Position numbers and translations under genes: made by a program. 27,716 bases of DNA from a virus (taxonomy: Duplodnaviria; Heunggongvirae; Uroviricota; Caudoviricetes): positions 1 through 27,716 of IMG/VR virus record IMGVR_UViG_2938709436_000001. One strand, given 5' to 3'. How positions within the stretch are numbered: the stretch's first letter is position 1; the number at the start of each line of letters is the position of its first letter. Positions 24,641 to 27,716 of the stretch are shown one piece after another. The notes under the pieces were generated by a model. That model worked only from the letters and a program-made list of their open reading frames with translations, had not been told where the DNA came from and did no database searches.

Positions 24641-25309
24641 TTAGACCATTGTGGTCGGTATGATTTGTTCAGCTATAATCAACAGCGATGTGATTGTAAA
24701 ATTTGACCCGTTAGAGACTATTGTTATGTCTGTACCGTTAGTCGCAATGTTACCACCTTTGTCAACACTGAAGAAGGTAGGGAAAGAAAGGATGTCAGAG
24801 GTCACTTGAGCATCTCTTGTCTTTGTCAGTGAGTTGCCGTTTGTCTGTGGGAAATCTACAGTCATGCTTCTATTCCCTGTAGATCCTCCCCAAGACCCGA
24901 CAACGTTCAATTTGAAGTCGCAGGTTGCATCCTCATTAAAAACATTCAACTTGTTAGTTGTTGTGTTAAAGAATGGGGATAATGAACCTGTGTGCGGTAA
25001 AGATTTTATTAGGTTAATCAGGTTAACAGGGGTTGTTGTCTGAATAACCAAGTTAAGGCCTGTGAAATAACATTCCGACTTTACTCGGTGCGTTGTTATA
25101 CCGCTATCACCTTGGTCTCCCTTATCGCCTTTTGGCCCAATATCTCCTTGTGGTCCTTCTGGACCAACTGGTCCTTGAATACCCTGTGGGCCTTGTGGAC
25201 CTACAGCACCTTCACCGATGTCATCAAAATCGATCTTCTTACCCGTTTTCTGGCTAACAAGAGTTCTACCATAAATGACACCAGCCACACCCGTTGTGGC
25301 AGCTACCAT
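24641..25309 (-). CDS. Collagen-stalk fibre with Sf6-type tail-needle knob domain
   Basis: N-terminus paralogous to the 99-aa head fibre, about 12 Gly-X-Y triplets, then KSECYFTG...SPFFNT...NRSM...TFFSVDKGG.IATNG...IIAEQ. Confidence 0.8.
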   Translation of the reverse strand: MVAATTGVAGVIYGRTLVSQKTGKKIDFDDIGEGAVGPQGPQGIQGPVGPEGPQGDIGPKGDKGDQGDSGITTHRVKSECYFTGLNLVIQTTTPVNLINLIKSLPHTGSLSPFFNTTTNKLNVFNEDATCDFKLNVVGSWGGSTGNRSMTVDFPQTNGNSLTKTRDAQVTSDILSFPTFFSVDKGGNIATNGTDITIVSNGSNFTITSLLIIAEQIIPTTMV

Positions 25310-25318
25310 GATAACTCC

Positions 25319-25963
25319 TTACAGGAATGACTCCGGGAGTGAGGGGATATTTTGTAGAGTAGTTGCCTGCTCGACCTGATCAAGATACGCCCAGTAAGAC
25401 TTCATTAGGCCATACTGAGCACGAGAAACCTGGATTACAAGGTCTTTCATTTCAGCATGTGTAAAGTCTGACTTATATCCATCAAGGAATCTAAACGGAT
25501 ACACTTCAGAGCTTTGGTCACCATCTGAATCCAGCACCGATTTGATTGTAAGAAGAGTTGCGAGGTCGAAGCTTTTCACCCTGACTTTGTACTCAACGTT
25601 ACCAACCGGGTATGGAATACCTAACTCAACATCACGAGAGAGGACGTTCTGTGCCTCTGCTTTCTTACTCTGCTTTGCAGATTCGAGATTTGCAGCAATT
25701 TCTTCAGGTAAGAAATCACGAGATGTCCATGTCTGTTCCCACTGCTGGGTTTGGTCGTTAAATTCAGGGGGTCCTTCCATGACAACATCACCAGTTGGCG
25801 GTGTCACAGGGATAACCGGAAAATATCCGAACTCTGCAAGGTTCTCTGAGTAAACCCAAGTACCAATGCTGACGTTAGGGTTGTCTGCCCTGAAATCAGT
25901 AAGGTATACCGGGTATTTCCCATCAGAAGACCTGATCATCGGCGTGTAGGAATATACTACCAT
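25319..25963 (-). CDS. Fibre-associated protein/assembly chaperone (DUF4376/Tfa-like)
   Basis: 214 aa directly after the collagen fibre; Pro-rich N-terminal half and a Tfa-like end (VEQATTLQNIPSLP). Confidence 0.65.
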   Translation of the reverse strand: MVVYSYTPMIRSSDGKYPVYLTDFRADNPNVSIGTWVYSENLAEFGYFPVIPVTPPTGDVVMEGPPEFNDQTQQWEQTWTSRDFLPEEIAANLESAKQSKKAEAQNVLSRDVELGIPYPVGNVEYKVRVKSFDLATLLTIKSVLDSDGDQSSEVYPFRFLDGYKSDFTHAEMKDLVIQVSRAQYGLMKSYWAYLDQVEQATTLQNIPSLPESFL

Positions 25964-25977
25964 TTGTTCTCCTTTAG

Positions 25978-25997
25978 AAGGGGCCGAAGCCCCTTTT
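25978..25997 (-). terminator. Hairpin/weak terminator after the collagen fibre
   Basis: AAAAGGGGC-TTCG-GCCCCTT; minus-strand U-tract is short and runs into the SD of the next gene. Confidence 0.5.
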
Positions 25998-25998
25998 G

Positions 25999-27716
25999 TC
26001 AGTTAACCGTTAAGGATGTAGTACCTGTCAGGTTTGTACCATCCCACAGGATAGTAACCACTGTACGGGTTGTTCCAAGAGTTACTGACGTACCGTTAGA
26101 CCATGCAAGAGTCCCAGGCCACGTCAGGGACGCACCGGAACCCGTAAACACGATCACGATTGTCATCGCTCGGTTAGCAGGGAGGTTTGTAAAGCTCATG
26201 GTCTTGTTCGCAGTGCCATCAACCTTGAAGACTTGTGACACGCTAACGTCCATTGCCCCAGTTGTAGAAGTCACAAGAAGGTCGTAACGATCAAGCTTCT
26301 TCCATGCACTGTTTACACGAACATAATAACCGCTGTCAGCAGGTGCTTCAAGAACTGGTACGTCTACCCAACCAGAACTTGTACGGGCTTGTGGTGTAGT
26401 AGAGGAGGTATCATAAACGTTACCACCACCCATGTACCCCAGAGAAGCCCATACCGTAGCAGAGGTTTTCTGGAAATATTCAAGTGTGGATTTGTTAATG
26501 AAGTAATCCCCAACACGACCATCAGCAGGGCCTGGGTTACGTGCAAAGTTTAACCAAAGAGTTCCTTGGTCACCCTTAACACCCTGAATCCCCTGACTAC
26601 CCTGTGGACCAGTTGGTCCTGTTGGCCCAACCTCCCCTTGAGGTCCTTGAATAGGTCCAAGGTTCTCGTAGGTTGTTCCTGTCCATCCCCAGAAATCGCC
26701 ATTGATCAAGTAACCTTGACCCAGCGTACCAGTAGAAGGAAGCTCAGAACTGTTGTTCAGTTTACCGATGATCTCTACACCAGGACCCATTTCACCTTGA
26801 GGGCCTTGCGGTCCTGTTGGTCCTGTAAGCCCTGTGTCACCCTTCGGACCTTGAGGCCCCGTATCACCCTGTAGCCCTTGTTGGCCCCGATCCCCTTGAG
26901 GACCTCTCATAACACCAAGATTAATCCAGTCTGAACCATCAAAAGCAAAGCCTTCCCCGGTGTCAACAGTTGTGTAATAATCTCCGTGTGACGCACCTGA
27001 CGGCAGCGCTGCTTCGTTGGCGACAGTACCTTTTGGAACTAGGGCGACACCCATCGGTCCTTCTGGACCCTGTGCTCCATCAGCACCTGCTGGGCCAGTT
27101 GCACCTGTATCTCCCTTTGGACCTTGCGGTCCATCAGCACCAGTATCTCCTTTAGGACCTGTTGCGCCGACATCCCCGGTGTCTCCTTTATCCCCTTTAG
27201 GTCCCACATAAGGTCCTACGTTGATCCATTGAGCATCGGATTGACTCCAGACGTACAGGTTTGGTACAATGATCCACGCATCACCAGGTGTCCCTGTTGC
27301 CGGAAGATCGGTTGTTGAACCTTTCGTACCCAGAACGCGAGCACCGTAACCAGTCTCACCACGGTCTCCTTTAGGACCTACTGGACCTTGAGGGCCTACC
27401 GGACCAGTTAGACCTGTGTCCCCCTTGTCTCCTTTAGGACCGATTGGCCCTTGAATACCTTGAGGACCTTCTGCACCTGCCGGACCAGTTGCACCATCTT
27501 GACCGATTGGTCCTTGATCGCCTTTCTGTCCCTGCGGTCCTTGTGGGCCTGTAGGACCTTGGTCTCCTTTAGGTCCCTGCACAGGACCAATATCTTCCCA
27601 TGCCCCATCTGTTGTCCAAACCCATACGTGGTTATCTTCTTGAACAACCCAAGCATCTGCGACAGCGTTACCAAAGGACGGAAGATCAGCTTCAGTAGCC
27701 TTGGTCCCTTTCAGTT
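25999..27716 (-). CDS. Collagen-like fibre protein, 3' part (continues past right edge)
   Basis: The frame is open from 27714 (LKGTKATEADLPSFGNAVADAWVVQEDNHVWVW...) into the ORF-track protein, so GTG 27582 is not the start. Gly-X-Y blocks alternate with Trp-containing modules; foldon-like motif near the C-terminus. Confidence 0.9.
   Translation of the reverse strand, partial: LKGTKATEADLPSFGNAVADAWVVQEDNHVWVWTTDGAWEDIGPVQGPKGDQGPTGPQGPQGQKGDQGPIGQDGATGPAGAEGPQGIQGPIGPKGDKGDTGLTGPVGPQGPVGPKGDRGETGYGARVLGTKGSTTDLPATGTPGDAWIIVPNLYVWSQSDAQWINVGPYVGPKGDKGDTGDVGATGPKGDTGADGPQGPKGDTGATGPAGADGAQGPEGPMGVALVPKGTVANEAALPSGASHGDYYTTVDTGEGFAFDGSDWINLGVMRGPQGDRGQQGLQGDTGPQGPKGDTGLTGPTGPQGPQGEMGPGVEIIGKLNNSSELPSTGTLGQGYLINGDFWGWTGTTYENLGPIQGPQGEVGPTGPTGPQGSQGIQGVKGDQGTLWLNFARNPGPADGRVGDYFINKSTLEYFQKTSATVWASLGYMGGGNVYDTSSTTPQARTSSGWVDVPVLEAPADSGYYVRVNSAWKKLDRYDLLVTSTTGAMDVSVSQVFKVDGTANKTMSFTNLPANRAMTIVIVFTGSGASLTWPGTLAWSNGTSVTLGTTRTVVTILWDGTNLTGTTSLTVN
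26560..27590 (-). repeat. Collagen Gly-X-Y coding repeats (GPQG/GPKGDKGD) in four blocks
   Basis: Degenerate 9-bp periodicity (ggtcc/ggacc/aggacc on plus strand) separated by ~45-aa globular modules. Confidence 0.85.

Larger units (their letters stand above)
1..27716 (-). mobile_element. Segment of a myovirus genome (structural module; rV5/phi92-like)
   Basis: Contiguous, tightly packed, co-oriented neck, sheath, tube, chaperone, tape measure, baseplate and fibre genes; no host genes or integrase. Taxonomic placement is from recalled family resemblance only. Confidence 0.93.

Noticed and set aside
26364-27674. Short alternative-frame and antisense ORFs over the collagen gene, and the repeats themselves as a possible array
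   Set aside because: The repeats are degenerate Gly-X-Y codons inside one open frame, with no constant repeat-spacer structure, so this is not CRISPR or an ncRNA array.
1-27716. Introns, homing endonucleases, inteins, integrase, tRNAs, endolysin, diversity-generating retroelement or invertible fibre segment
   Set aside because: No HNH/GIY-YIG/LAGLIDADG, recombinase or reverse transcriptase motifs, no split genes other than the chaperone frameshift, no cloverleaf, and no long near-identical or inverted repeats flanking fibre ends were seen by eye.

Overview
The whole window is the virion-morphogenesis region of a contractile-tailed dsDNA phage (myovirus). Gene order and protein motifs look rV5/phi92-like (Vequintavirinae or relatives, probably an enterobacterial host); this assignment is inferred from recalled families, not from a search. 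Nearly all genes lie on the minus strand. In transcription order: a collagen-like fibre cut by the right edge, its partner/chaperone, two small head-fibre-like genes, head-tail joining genes, sheath, tube, tail assembly chaperone with a -1 frameshift extension, tape measure, baseplate genes (Dit-like, plug, hub, spike, gp25-like), a three-gene receptor-binding cassette (short fibre/adapter, 929-aa GH8-like protein, colanidase-like tailspike), baseplate J and wedge, a tail fibre plus Tfa, three membrane proteins, a long fibre, and an RCC1-like protein cut by the left edge that the ORF track misses. One gene, a membrane-anchored 134-aa protein, lies on the plus strand behind its own sigma70-like promoter. 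The strongest leads are: (1) a probable virion-borne GH8 (cellulase/BcsZ-like) glycoside hydrolase with inserted CBM-like domains next to a colanic-acid depolymerase; (2) a recurring fibre C-terminal domain, each time followed by an anchorless partner gene, suggesting modular tip docking; (3) an Sf6-type tail-needle knob on a collagen stalk with a head-fibre N-terminus; (4) a sigma70-like promoter overlapping the first start codon of a holin-like gene that could give a leaderless shorter isoform. No tRNA, rRNA, CRISPR array, intron, integrase or endolysin was recognised.
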